63,967 nt of DNA, filler included, from Blastocystis sp. subtype 4 (GCF_000743755.1; 13 parts of 13 records of this genome joined end to end with filler, not necessarily neighbours in it), one strand, 5' to 3'. Counted from the whole stretch's first letter, positions 40,114-53,942 are shown. The notes: generated by a model from the letters alone, not told the origin. Program-made: numbers and translations.

Positions 40114-41765
40114 ATGATGTTCCATCACTTTGTGTTGGCTTTGCTATGTACAGATTAGTCTCTGTGAATGATGTTGTAGTTTGTTCCTTTGTGGTGAATA
40201 CTGAAGCAGTCGTTGAAGGTAACATATGTGGGTGTGATAGATCCTTAGTTCCTGACAATGAGTCAATTACCGTCACTGACTATCAGGGTCAAGTGACTAC
40301 TCAACTTCACTTCATTGCTAGAGACAATAATGCAGTTTACCACGTGTTAAGTACTGTAACGAATGGAACCTGGAGTATCAATCCAGCTCTTCCTGAAGGT
40401 CTGGTCTTTGATACAAATACCCTAACGATTCACCGGGACGATATTACTCAGAATTGGGGACGACAAATGTCAAAGGGAGTACACACTTTCACAATGAGAG
40501 CATCGAATGAGAAAGGCAGTTCTGAGGTTGTGTTGAACATCCATATTAATCAATGTCCTTCTCAGCTTTCTTATCTTCATATCAGTCGTCCTAATGGAAA
40601 TTCAGACTATCTATATCTCTATGATATCAATCAGAATCTTGTATTCAATTCTTATATGGATGGCGAATTTGACCAAACCCTTTGCTTAGATCCTGGAAGA
40701 TACTATGTCAATGTAACAAGAGGTGAAGATTCAGGAGAATATGAAATGTACTTTCTCGATGAATATGATGATGTTAATGATATGATGATATGGAATGTGA
40801 AGGGAGATTCTCAAGTACAAATGATTACTTTGGGTGATGATATTCCTTTTGGAAGTAGTCTCAAGTATTTGATAAGTGATAATCCTGATAAGAATTGGAA
40901 TATGAAGAAGTATCGTGATAAGAATTGGAAAGAAGGAAAAACAGACAATTGGGGATCATTCTCTCATTCTGCTGTGTATTTCCGAAAACAATTCTCTGTC
41001 AATGATATCTCTCAAGTATCTATTGTTCATGTAACAATCAAAGGTCATGATCAAGTGACTGTATTCTTGAATGGTATTCAGATATCATATGTTGATATGT
41101 CTTCTCGAAATCTGACTTCAATTCGAACAACAGTTCCTTCAGATATGATATCAAAAGGAACAAATGTGATATGTGTATGTTTGACACGAAGCTCATCAAC
41201 CTCATCAACAGATATGATTGATTTTGATTTGAAATTGAAGACTATTCCAGCAGAAACTCTTCTACGTAGTTTAAAGGGTATTGCTAATGATCAACCTGTA
41301 CAACCAAGAGATGCCTATGCTGCTAAGAATGCATTTGGAGGACAATACTATTGGAAGAGTATTGCAGTTCCTGTGAATCTGACATATTATGGAGATCAGA
41401 GTTGGATCAATCAGATATCCTTCTATGGAACATCTAATTCTGTTCCTGTAGATTTCATGATTCAAGGATTAGTGACAGTACCTGATAGTGACGGGAACTA
41501 TGTGATTGTTCAAGCAGATGATTTGGTACATGTTCAAGATGATACATTCTTATATATGCAAGATCTCTACAAAGTAGATTTCATTCCATCTCGTGCATAT
41601 GATGGTTTCCGTTTCTTATTCTATAAGGGTTACAACGATCAAGCCATAATCATACAAAGAATCCAGTTCTATGTTCGTTCAAATCGAATGTGTAAAGGAA
41701 GTTGGGGAAAGAAGATTCGTGTTGGAGACAGTCAAATTGAGAAGTGTTCTTTCAAGTATATTGGA
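40114..41765 (+). CDS. Secreted/surface protein with Ig-like and galactose-binding-like beta domains (variant copy 2, 3'-truncated)
   Basis: Signal peptide MMFHHFVLALL.., WSINPALPEGLVFDTNT (putative Ig repeat), VYFRKQF..VFLNG..KGTNVICV (carbohydrate-binding jelly-roll-like). Confidence 0.75.
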
Positions 41766-41865
41766 NNNNNNNNNNNNNNNNNNNNNNNNNNNNNNNNNNN
41801 NNNNNNNNNTTAATTAATTAANNNNNNNNNNNNNNNNNNNNNNNNNNNNNNNNNNNNNNNNNNNN

Positions 41866-43036
41866 ATAGCACGATCATCATCCAAACGCATTGCCAGATC
41901 CTCCTCGCCATGAACCAACTCCACTTCCATCATCTCCTCACTCACTTGAACTGCATGATTGAACACCAGCTCCACACGACCATTCTGAGGTACAGTAGTG
42001 TTGGATGCAATCTCATTCACTACTCGCAAGGGTGACTCCACATCAAACACCACTGGCATCTTAAATGTGTACTCATTCCCAGCACGATCCACGAATATCA
42101 CTTCAGCATCTCCCTACACTCAAGACCCATCTTCAGTCCTACCGAACCCTCTACGACCACTTCAAAAGTATTCACAAAGCCTTCCTTGACGGTAGCTGAG
42201 ACCACCACACCACTGAATGAAACCACAGTAGCAGGTTCATTCAGAGTCAGTACCAACGTCTTGGTATTCTCCTCCTCTAGCATGGAGTACAGATACTGTG
42301 TGTTTACCAAGTAAGGAGCTTCATCATCGTAGATACAGCCATTCAACACACCACTGCGGAGACGCAAACCACGTTCAGATTGCAACTCACGACGAAGAAT
42401 TACTTACTGCAAATGAAGCCTTTTCAGATGCAGGCGAGACAGTGAAACGATATGTAGTCGCATCCACCTTCTCGATTTCGCCTTTCAGAGAACCATTCTT
42501 GATCAACACATCTTCTAGTTTCAGATCCACTGCTTCTGCAGCTGAAGTCTCAGAAAGAGGGACAGAAGCATAGAACTGAAGAGTCACTTCCACATCTCCC
42601 ACTTGACTATAGAAGGAAGGTGTCAACACAGCTGATAGACTTTCACGTGTATTTGAAGCAGGGAAAGTAGCAGACTCTCCATAGGGAATTGTCACAGTCT
42701 TATCCCAAGCAGCTGTTGTGTAAGAAACTGAACAATCACCTTCTGTCCTCAAACACTGAACAAACAAATCCAAATCTGGCTTATTTGGAAGATCGATATT
42801 TCTAAACTCTCCTTCCACATTTATTTTCTCAGTAGTCGTACAGTTTGTGCTAATCGTTCAAAGGAGTTCAAACACACTTACCAAGACCCTCCCTGACAGT
42901 CTAAAAACCAGAAATTCACAGGACCTGACTCTACCTTCACATCCACTACACACTGAACGAAACGAACTCAAACCCCACCTGCGTTTGACAACACCAAAAC
43001 CAGTCCAATCAATACAACAGATATCAGATTCTTCAT
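41866..43036 (-). pseudogene. Signal-peptide surface protein with bacterial-Ig-like repeats; two frame breaks; 3'-truncated
   Basis: MKNLISVVLIGLVLV start; YDDEAP..LVLTLNEP, FVDRAGN, DVESPLRV..VELVFNHAV; frame changes near 42410 and 42110. Confidence 0.55.
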
Positions 43037-43210
43037 TTTCACGACTCCTTGATTGATTGTTAATGAGAATTGGATAGAACAAGAATTGGTATCAAATCGA
43101 TATAAAGGGTCCTTATTAATCTGTAATATATAGAGAAAATGGGTATGGGTCATTGTTTTGTATTTAGGTGATCAAATAGAATTCATTTCTCTTGTCTTCC
43201 TTGAATTCGA

Positions 43211-45119
43211 ATGCAGGGAGTTGAGTACAAGCGTCTTCCTCCAAAGCGAGTTCCAACAACTCGTAGTTCGAATACTCCGGAGAGTATAGATGATTACGTG
43301 ATTTGATGAAATAGACTTGTATTGGAGGGCATTTCGGAATATTTCTGAAGTGAAACTTGTTTCTTGTAGTTGCCTGTTGATAAGGAGATAGAGTGGACCT
43401 GTGAATCATATCTGTTTTTCTCCAATATCCCCTTACCATTACGTTGTATCTTCAGGAACAAAGAATGAGTTGTTTGTATGAGTGATGTGTAGTGTAATTC
43501 TGTATTCTGGAGAAAGTCGTCAGAAGATTAAGAGTTTCTCTCGATTCCTTGATATTGCTTATTCTGGTATTGTCTTTTGTGGTTGGTTGAGTTAATAGGT
43601 AATTTTCGAGGAGATGGAAAGTTGTTAACAGCTGGAGACGAAAAGGGAAATATCAAAGTGTTTGATGTGGAGACAAAGACGATGTTGCGTCAGAATCAAC
43701 CACATTCCTCGTATTTGTGAATGATAATGATGACTCTCAGAGCTGTTCATTGTGTTGATTTCCATTCTGCAACCCAGCTGGTTTCAGGAAGTGATGATAA
43801 GACTCTCTGTTTGTATGATATTCCCACAAATATGGTTGTAAATACGTACCAGGGTCATACTGTGAGAATGTGTGGATTGAGTAATAACTAGGATTATGTG
43901 CGTTCAATTAGTGTGGGATGTGAAGGAGTGAATGGCGATGTGATTGTGAGTGGCAGTTTTGATCACTGTGTGAAATTGTGGGATCTGCGTATTGATCGTA
44001 TGAATGTGAGATATGAGTGATGTCTAGCGGACCGAGCCTGCGTGATGACTCTTTCAACACCTCATCCTGTATCTTCTGTTCTCCAACTCAGTTCTTCAGT
44101 TGTCTTGGCAGCTAGTGACAACAGTATCATTGTATTTGATGTATTGGGTACTGGAAAGTGAGATTGAGTGGAAGGATTAATCATAGACAATTGGAGCGTC
44201 TGGTGTTTCATCAGAAGGCAGTAACATGTCTCTATCACTACTCCTGTCCTGCATATGATAAGTCTCGGATTCTCTCGTCCTTGATGGTGCTGTTCGTGTG
44301 ATTGATCCTCTCACTTACACGGTACTTCACAACTTCAAGTTCCCTGATCCTGTTCTCTCTGTGGCTGTGTCTGTAGGCATTTTCTTGCTCTTTCATCTGT
44401 AGCCTGGGAATGTGATGGCTGTAGGTACTTCAAGTGGCATTCTCTCCACACGTGTGCGCAATGAGGTGGTGTTACGATTGATTTGTGATGAATAGAACAC
44501 TACAGAAGAGGAAGAACAGCCCACCATTCTCCCTGGAGCCTTCTTTGCTCGTGCTCCAGCAGTAGAGAAGCGTGTTCGACCTGAGATTGAAGCGAAGAAG
44601 GTGGAAGTGGCTGCTGAGAAGCGGAAGAAACTCACAAAATGGGACCAGTATATGCGTAAGTTCGAGTATGTAAAGGCACTTGATGCCGTGTTGTCTGTAA
44701 GTGTGAGTGATAAGAGTGATAACTAGTCCCGGAGTGTGAGAGATATTATTGCACTGATTGAGGAGTTACATGCTCGAAGTGACTTGCCAATTGCTATCAA
44801 AGGACGGTGAGACTGAGGAACATGAATCATGGATAGATCAGATAAAGAGTTAGAACCTTTGATTTCGTTTGTGACATTCTATATATCAGATCCATTGTAT
44901 ACCAACACACTGGTAACAGTTGCCACACTCATTTTGGGTTGGGGTGTTGGAATGGGTTGATGGATAGATTTGTATGCAGACCAAGTGGGAAAGAGTTCAT
45001 TGATTGACTCCCAATTGCTAAAGTTGAAACAGTGTTTGGATACGGAGATTGAGATGCAACAGAATGTATTTTCAGTGATGGGTATGTTGGATTCGATAGT
45101 AGCGAATTCTGAGAATTGA
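43211..45119 (+). CDS. UTP15: U3 snoRNA-associated WD40 protein UTP15 (many introns)
   Basis: FRGDGKLLTAGDEKGNIKVFD, GHT-DYVRS, SGSFDHCVKLWD, FHQKAVTCL, WDQYMRKFEYVKALD, EELHARS, GMLD. Confidence 0.88.
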
Positions 45120-45199
45120 ATAGTCCTTTTATGTTGTTGTGTTTGTTGAGAAAGAGTTGAAAGGATGTTAATATGGAGATGTGTGAAAGAAGAAACAGA

Positions 45200-45271
45200 G
45201 GTCCCATGGTGTAATGGTTAGCACTCAGGACTCTGAATCCTGCAATCCGAGTTCAAATCTCGGTGGGACCT
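45200..45271 (+). tRNA. tRNA-Gln(CTG)
   Basis: GGTCCCA/TGGGACC acceptor stem, CAGGA-CT-CTG-AA-TCCTG anticodon arm, GTTCAAATC T-loop, T-rich terminator downstream. Confidence 0.97.
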
Positions 45272-45314
45272 TTCTTTTCTCCATTCACGATTGTCCTTTT
45301 CTCAAAACTGAAAG

Positions 45315-45677
45315 ATGCAAGCAGTGAAGAAGATCATTAGTGTTGAGTTTGAGGTTTTTGGAAAGGTTCAAGGTCAATTTTGACTGCACAAGTCATAAGT
45401 AGGCGTATATTTTCGAAAATATACGCAGCTCCAAGCAACAAATCTTAATCTCGTTGGATGGTGCATGAATACTACAAAGGGCACAGTAACTGGCATGTTT
45501 GTCTGTTGACTCGTATTCCATTCTAGAATGCAAGGACCACGTGATAGAATTGATGAGATGAAAATTTGGTTGCAAAAAACGGGTTCACCAGCTTCCAGAA
45601 TCGATCAAGCGGTGTTTTCCAATGAAAGAGACATTGAGGAATATGAGTTCTCAGATTTCTCTGTTCATCGTGAATGA
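45315..45677 (+). CDS. Acylphosphatase (2 introns)
   Basis: VEFEVFGKVQG-VYFRKYTQ, LVGWCMNTTKGTVTG, WLQKTGSPASRID. Confidence 0.92.
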
Positions 45678-45699
45678 TTTATTTGTTCCAACAAATCAT

Positions 45700-46805
45700 T
45701 TAGTCAATGTTCTCTCCATCCCACACATCCTCCCAGGTCTGAGGAGAAGGAAGGAAGATGTATCCAGTGCAATAACGATGTCTCTTGTCCATCGAACGGA
45801 TCTCCTTCATTTCCTCCTCAGTCAACTCAAAGTCGAAGATCTTCGAATTGGCCTCGATACGACCAGGATTCGTGGACTTAGGAATGCAAATAGTGCCTCT
45901 CTGAATAGCCCAACGAATCATAATCTGAGGACTAGTCTTTCCATGAGCCTCGGCGATCTTCAAAAGAATAGGATCTTTCATCAGAGGAACTGTATCCTTA
46001 GAGTTCACATTACCAGCTCCTCCCAAAGGATAGTAAGCAGTAACAGCAATACCGTGCTTCTTGCAACAGTCAAGAAGCTCCCACTGCTGAAGATGAGGAT
46101 GGAGCTCAACCTGCAATACAGCAGGTTTAATAGTACAGAAGGAGAGGACCTCTTCAATCTTCTTGCTAGAAAAGTTCGAAATACCAATAGAATGAACCAA
46201 TCCCTAAACATCACTCTCTTCAACCAAAACTACTCTCTTCACGAACTCCTCCATCTTGGCCCAAGTGAGCTTCATATTCTCAATATTGTATCCAAGACGA
46301 TAGTCAGCAGAATCAGGTACAAAACCAGTGTAGTTGAAGAAATAACCTTCATTTCTCTTCTTATCCTCATCGGCAGGGAGGTTAAAGAATGTAGGCCAAT
46401 GAATTAAATACAGATCAATGTAGTCGAGCTGAAGATCCTTGAGACACTGCTGAATGGCCTTTTCCATGTCTTCTGGCTTCCAATCACAGACCCAAAGCTT
46501 CGTGGTCACAAAGAGCTCTTCTCTTTTGATCACTCCCTCGTCGAGACACTTCTTAATACCAGCACCGACGGCAGCTTGGTTTCCGTGATATGTTAAGAAA
46601 TCGAATTAATCTTTACAACAAAGGATATATAAAGAGAGGCAGTATCGATCATTCTATATCCAGATCTGAGTGCATGTTCGACTGCAGCTTGACACTCCTC
46701 GTTAACGGAGTTGTACGTGCTATGAATGAACTCTCAATAATCCTGTTACCCCAGTCCAAAGATAGGCATTTTGTATCCAGAATTCAAAGTAAGCGTAGTA
46801 TCCAT
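45700..46805 (-). CDS. Aldo-keto reductase, paralogue of 1133-2193
   Basis: LNSGYKMPIFGLG, GYRMIDTA, LFVTTKLW, IDLYLIHWP, IGISNF, QVELHP, IPKS. Confidence 0.95.
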
Positions 46806-46909
46806 ATTGTTCACAGAAAGAATTAATGACATGATATGGAGAGTTTCTCCATTGGGATCCCCAAGATTAATCCAAATAAAGGGATTCATCACCAAAACTG
46901 GAAAAACGA

Positions 46910-47707
46910 ATGGCCACTGAGTCTGAATTTGAAGCCGTTGTGTCTGAAGCTGATATAGAAGCTGGAGTGCTTCCTATGTCTGGAAACATTGCTACACCTG
47001 CTCCAGCTACAAGTGACAAAACACAATCGATTTCTTCTGGTTTCAATCTTCTCAACTTTTCTGGACTACAGCAAGTATGCGTTTTTTTCATCTCTGAGTT
47101 TAGTACTTCGATATCACCACAGATGACATCATTAATCGTCTGCAGGCGTCGTTATTCCTATGGAAGCAAGAAAATGCACTTTCCATCATTGAAAAGAAAC
47201 CTGACTTGTAATTCTCTTTGTTGGGTATGATATAGATATGTACCAGTGTGGGGAAGCATTCTAGTTGCTACATTACTGCGTATTGGGTATGATGGTCGCA
47301 ATACATATGATTTCTTTTTTGATTTCTACTGGCATGATCTCCTGTTTTTGGCATTCATTTCTGCATCCCTCTGGGTCATTTCAGTGTATCTAGGCGATTC
47401 TATTAGCTTGTTTTCGTGCATCTCTTTTTCTTCGTATGTTACCCTCGGATCAAATCTTGTTTTTGTCCTTCTGAAATTCATTTTCAATATTGGAAAGAAG
47501 AACTTATTCCACATTTATTGTGTATTATCTTTAGCTCTCATTGGTGGCATGTGTTACTTCTCTCTCTACGAAAGACTTGCAGTTACTCTTCTCTCTTATG
47601 TTGATTTATAGGACCTAAAAGGTACCATAGGAAAATGTTGTTGTGTTGCCTATGCTCTGATTGCCTATATCTTCCTCCTCATTCAACCTTCTTGGTATCT
47701 GAAATAA
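46910..47707 (+). CDS. Yip1-domain Golgi membrane protein (YIPF1/2-like)
   Basis: YFDITTDDIINRLQASL..KPDLY-VPVW followed by several TM helices. Confidence 0.7.
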
Positions 47708-47780
47708 ATATTATCACTCTAACTGACTTGTGATTATTTCTATGTTTGTTAGGAGGATCGGTTATTCATCAAACAAGCCA

Positions 47781-48486
47781 TCAATTGAATGAGATCGTAT
47801 GTGATGCCGAGACCCGTCGGTCATGTGATGAAGAAACTGAGATAGTAATATAAACTCGATCTGACTCCTTTGTCAGACAATCTGTACTCATATCGCGAAT
47901 ATCTCTCTTACAGAGAGGACATAATGGGTGAGTTCTAGAGGAATGAGAAAGATAATCAAACCTCACAGTATCCATTCTTCGATGCAGGATCGGTGAAAGA
48001 CATGTTCGCATGCATTCAATTTCTACATTGGAGAACAGAAAATCTGGATACAACAAGATCTGAACTATCTGCAAAGGTCTCAAGACACACAGCACATGAA
48101 TCATCAAGAGAAACTCCTTCCATGGATCGAATCTACTCGTGATTTGTGATTGATACAGTTACATCATTCTTTCCTATCTGCGTGTAGTAATTGCGAAGAG
48201 TATCCACTGTCACTTCACCCGAATAGATAGTGGTGGATCTAGAACCCCATCTACACTCTAACATATCTAAGAAAGAATACGGATTACGACCCGTCCGATG
48301 ATACTGAAAACAAGCATCTACTCCAAATATCACTAATCGAATAGTTAGTCCAAGTGCTATTGCAGAGAGAATTCCTAGTTAATATCCTTTTGATTTCGTT
48401 ACCTAGTAAAGTCATTACCACAATGGTAATCATTGTATCAAACAAGAAAAACAAAACCCAGTAATTGTGAATTCATGGAAACCATT
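47781..48486 (-). CDS. Hypothetical membrane-anchored protein (boundaries approximate)
   Basis: Hydrophobic N-terminus and spliced ORF segments. Confidence 0.3.
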
Positions 48487-49685
48487 ATCACTCCGGGATA
48501 ATCATCTTCTGGACAGCATGGAGTACCTTCAATACAGCTTTCTTACACCAATGACACTCGTGTAGATCAACAAGAGATGTCGTGTTGTCGATGTCGTGTC
48601 AATAGGTGTTAGTTCATTTATTCTTTAATAGATTTGTTATCTAATGAAAGCGTACTCTCTTATATTGGTGTTTGTTCTCTTGGCGATAGGTCTCTCTTGG
48701 CAGAACAAGTTTGTTCCTCCAGGAGGGGTATTTCCAATTCCTGTTAACGATTATGTGATTATGGTAACCATTTTGCTTCATCCTCAAAGATAGTATGCTG
48801 ATTCTGTGCGAAAGGAAGTGGAGAATTACATGGGTAAGCAACTGGAAATGTACACTCCAGAGTCTGCACTTGGTCAAGTTGTATGATACAGATTTGGTTG
48901 TGAACAGTAGGTTAATGGGATGATGTTGTATGTGAAAATGAGAATTGGACAGAATGAAGCTATTTTCCTTAAAATGTTGATCATTTTGTGGTGCTTTATT
49001 CTTAGTTTAAATCGATTAAATACAATCAACCTTGTCTCCATGAGGACGAATATAACAGCAAGTGAACCTCTGACATATTTCTTTTGTGTTTGTTAACAAA
49101 GAATTCAGAATCGGAACACATCCTTCAAGCGATCTTCCATACCCAGATTCTCAATGGACACTGTTGATTTTCTATTCTCTGTAGGTAAGAAAGGACCTAC
49201 AGGTAACTGAGGTCCAGGTGCTGGTTCAGAAGTGGTATCTATTCCAGTGATTGATCTACATTTCATCATATTCGTTCATATCTACTTATAGAATCGTNNN
49301 NNNNNNNNNNNNNNNNNNNNNNNNNNNNNNNNNNNNNNNNNTTAATTAATTAANNNNNNNNNNNNNNNNNNNNNNNNNNNNNNNNNNNNNNNNNNNNATT
49401 TCAACAACTAGACCAGTTATGATCCTTTTGATCATGCAATAGAATAGAAAAGAGGTACTATGAATCGATAGGATGTCAGGGGATCCCATTATTCTCAGTT
49501 CATCTCAGTAATATCCTCAGAAGCTGTTCATTCACCGATGGATCCTATTGTAATCTGAAAGTCGATAATCTTCTGATTCCCAAAACACTCCCAATTCTAT
49601 CACCAAAATACCTTCTTCTTTTGTCATTGGATGGATTGTGTCAATTCTACAGGATTTGTTGAATCTATTGTTTGGACTTGGAAAC

Positions 49686-52627
49686 ATGAGTGACCAGACT
49701 GAAGATTTCACACTTGTGTTGGATCCTGTTGTTGATGAAGCCCTTCAGAGTGTATCCACTGTTATTCTATCTTCAGAACCATAGATCTATCAGTCTACAG
49801 ATCCACTAGATGCTCCGGATTTTGATCCTGTTGTCTTTATCAATGAACAAGTAGGTTTCATGCTAGCATTAGATTGTAACAGTTGTAGTTTCCAGATGAA
49901 GAAGCTATGACTCGTTTGAATAGTTACTCTGAGGAATTGGCAGAACAAATCCAAGGTCTGGAAGATCAGATTCTTCAGACAGTATTAGATTTATGAGTTT
50001 GAATGAAGTTTAGGTACGAGAACAATCACAAGTCGGTCGGTCAGCAGAAGCAGATATTAATGAAGCTAAACAGACGATTAGCGATCTATTTGGTCGAATT
50101 GTTGAAATCAAAGAGAAGGCAGTTCATTCGGAGGAATTGGTTCAAGTCATCTGCAAGTGAGAGATTGATGTGGAAATGATAGAAAGGAATATTTCGAAAC
50201 TGGATACGGCAAAACGAAATCTGACAGAGAGTCTGAATGCCTTAGCACGTCTTCAAATGTGTTTTCTTGTTATCTGTTGTTATCAATTAGGTTCATTTCA
50301 TCTCTGGATGCAGCAGAAGCCTTGAAAGACACACGTCAGTACATCAAGGCAGCTCGGAGTATGGGAGCAGTAATGCAGTTAAGCAGATATTTCGACAAAT
50401 ACAAGGATATTGAGACAGTTTGGATGGATTTGTTTCTTGATTGTAGATTGGTGTTCTCATGCAACGTGTTCAGATCCTTCGAGATGCTTTCTGCACTTCA
50501 ATCTTTGGTGACTTTGAGCAGGTGGAGGATTTGGTCTATACATTCGATGGAAGCTCTTCGTCGCCCATCACAGAGGATATGTTGGACACACTGGAGAATG
50601 AGGAGAATGGTTTCGATGATCAGTTGGTAACACGCAGTCGTCTTCAAGCGGCATGTTTCGTAAGAGTGATATGAGAGAGTGAGAGAGAGGTGATTGAGGC
50701 TATGGGTGTGGAGACGCGTAATCGACTCATCACAGCCTTCTGCATCAATCAACTAAAGAATTACGAACAGCTCTTCCGTCCTGAGTCAGCAGGAGAGAGT
50801 TTGGAGCAGATGGAGCGTCGTTTCCATTGGTTCTGGAAGACACTTGCTGAGTAGATGTGATAAGAAGAGATGAATCATAGTTATGAGGCGAAGTATCAAT
50901 GTCTCTTCCCCTACAATTGGCATGTTGATGCTCATCTCCTCCAGCTCTTCTGTGATCGAACCAAGGAACATGTTCAGACAGTATTATCTCGATATGAAAC
51001 ACCTGAGATGGTGGATGTGCCTGTATTGGTATCTGCGTTACGTACTACTATGCAATTTGAACGAGTGAGAGAGAGAAAAGGGAGTGATATTGTAGGAGTT
51101 GGTATTGAAGATGGATCTGGGCAAGAATAATGTACCACCTGAGAACTTCCCTTATGAACTGGATGAAGAAGGTCAGATTGTGGATAGTGAAAGTCCCGCG
51201 GGAATTCGTTTGCGATATGAACGATTGCGTAAACGAGTTATTGTGAGGGATTCGAATAATTGATAGGAAGAACGTGAAGCACTGAAGGCAGCAGAGAAAG
51301 AGCGTATTGAAGCAGAAGGAAAAGAATATGTGAATTCATTGGTATGAGAAGAAGGAGGAATGAAGTGTAGGATGAATTGCCTTCCTTCCTTGGATATATT
51401 TCTGGTATCTTTGATCCTTATCTGAGTGCTTTTGTTACAAGTGAAAAGACCAACTTCACCAAACTACTGGAACGTGTGATTAAGGGTGATGAATTGGCTC
51501 GTGGTGGTGATTTACCTGTATTACAAGGAGCAGTGAAACTGTTCCAATATCTGAAGGAGACTCTATCTCGTTGTGCTACTATGAGCACAGGTCAGACATT
51601 GGTAGCAATGAGTGTGTAGGTGATGGAAGTGATCATGAGAGATAGAGAAGTGAAGACAACCTTATTGACCTTCCAACAGGCTTTAGAGGATCGATTGCCT
51701 CGAATGAAGAATCGTGATAGTTTCGGTGATGAGTGTGTGAAGTTCAAGAAGACAACAGATCGTGACTCTGTGTGTTATTGGTAGGAATGGGATGGATCTG
51801 TGATCATCAGTATCAATACAGCTGCTTATATTGCAGAGTTGGTTCCTCAGTTGGAGTCAATGACACGGGAATTGGCTGATGCTGCAGTGAGAGAGAGTAT
51901 TGATCTGCAGAGCGAGTTGGTGGATAAGTGTTACGATACTGTGAGTCTGGGTATCAAGACATTAGTGAGTGGCGAGTATGGGAAAGTGGAGAATCTGCTG
52001 TTCACAATGACATCAATCAATTGGAGTACCTTCCAGGATATTGGAGATCAGTCGAGTAGGATTGAGTGATGAGCATGAAGACTAGAATATGTGAGTGATA
52101 TCTCTACAGTGTTGTGTGAAGAGTTCCCCAGTATTCGGAATCTCCTTTCTCGTATCTATTATCGGAACTTCTGTGATCGATTGGCTATGATGTTCTTACC
52201 TCGATTCCTTGATACAGTGACTCGTTGCAAGCGAGTGAACGAGATGGCAGCCCAACAACTGCTCCTTGATCTACATTCATTGAAGAATCTATTCCTGAAG
52301 TTACCAACAATAAATCAGAATGAGACGGATGAGTTCAAATATGTGATTCCTCCAACGTAGATATGAATGAGAGTTGTGATGAATAGATACTTCAAGTTTG
52401 TCACAAGGGCTGTGGAAAAGGCTGATATGATGTTGAAGCTTCTGGGTACTCCTGTGACCTATTTGGCTGCTTCATTCCACGATATGTGAGTGAGAAAGAG
52501 AGGATTAATTGATAGCATGCCTGAAGGAACAGAAGAGGATTTAGTGACAATTCTAACAGTAAAAGGAGCAACCAAACAAGAGAAGACAGAGTGTATAGAT
52601 GAGTTTAGAGAGAAAAGTGAAATCTGA
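49686..52627 (+). CDS. VPS53: GARP complex subunit Vps53 (many introns)
   Basis: DPLDAPDFDPVVFINEQ-FP, SKLDTAKRNLTESL, MERRFHWF, ISGIFDPYL, INTAAY, IGDQS, AAQQLLLDLHSLK. Confidence 0.93.
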
Positions 52628-52711
52628 TGCTTGCTGATGGTTTGAGTGTTTGTTTGGATACTACAAGATGGAACATGGTTAAGAAACAACTTATAAGTCC
52701 TCATCCTCACT

Positions 52712-53942
52712 CACTTCTTCCACATTACTCTTCTCTACAGGCTTTGTATGTCTATTACAACATATCCACCAATTATTCTTACTGAAGATCCTCAAGTTCC
52801 TCCTTCTTTTCCTCAATCTGCTTATTATACACTTCTTGGAGCATTCCTAATTTCGTTTCTTTCTGTTTCTTCCATTCTTCTAGCGATTCTCGTTCAACCT
52901 CTTCCTCACGATTCGTCAGCATAATTTCAATAGCTCGCACACGATCAACCAACGAATTCAACCTTGTTCTATTTTTCATTCTTCTCATTCACATGTACTG
53001 ATAACTTCCTATCATAGATACATGATCATACGAGATTTCCTCCTTCAGACTCTGCCACAAATCATCTTCCGTTTTCATGATACCAACCAATTCACTCATG
53101 CTACTATCTACTCTCTCCACAGCATCTGCAAGCGATTTAGATACTCGGGAATTGATCTCATTTTGCAGTGAAACATCATTATCAATCAGAGTGCCACCAA
53201 TATCAGCCTTCACTGGACCCTGCTTAGAGGGTGATTTAGCATCGGTCTTAATTCCTGCTGTACTCAGCTCGTTCAATAGCTTCTTCGATGACTTCAGCAA
53301 TGAACTAAATATGTTCTCATTGTCTCCATCCTTGCGTTGAAGAAACGTTTTTTCCTTTTCATCCTCATCATATGAGTATTCTGAATATTCGTCATCTTCA
53401 ACATCCTTCTGGACTTCTGAAGTGGCTGGTTTTACATCAGTTATAGGAAGATCCACTTTTGGAACCTATTCTAACAGAAAATTAATTATGAAACCTGAAT
53501 TTCCGTTCTAGGATCAATTCCATATTTCTTCTGCATCTTTGCAAACAAAACATCGAAATCGTCTTCATACTTCTTGATTAATGATGGAACATCTATTTAT
53601 GAGTTATTTGAGCACTATTTCAACCTGAAAGCTTTTCTGGGTTGTGAATCTTATAGTATTCCATCAGAATATAGGTATTCTCCATCATTTCACCTGTAAA
53701 TGATAGAAAGCAAGCTGGTAATACGATCCTTAGGAGATAAAGCGTCAACTCCATACTTCTTCAGTATGTTGTTGTACATTTCCAGCTCTCTGCCTTCATA
53801 TTTCGTCAAAAGAGTGGAAATAGATCCAAGCTACAATAAGAAACATAGAATTGCAAGATACCTTAGAAGGATGGTACTTGGAGTAGAATACCGTCAAACG
53901 CGCAATGTGATCTTTATTCTTCCAGTTTTCCTTTCCAGCATT
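52712..53942 (-). CDS. Hypothetical coiled-coil protein (spliced; boundaries approximate)
   Basis: Minus-strand ORFs 52779-53456 with acidic and coiled-coil composition. Confidence 0.4.

Noticed and set aside
37043..41765. Diversity-generating retroelement (template/variable repeat pair)
   Set aside because: Differences are not adenine-specific, include indels, and no reverse transcriptase is visible.
45200..45271. Suppressor tRNA or alternative genetic code explaining fragmented ORFs
   Set aside because: The anticodon is ordinary CTG (Gln); the fragmentation is explained by ~30-nt spliceosomal introns.
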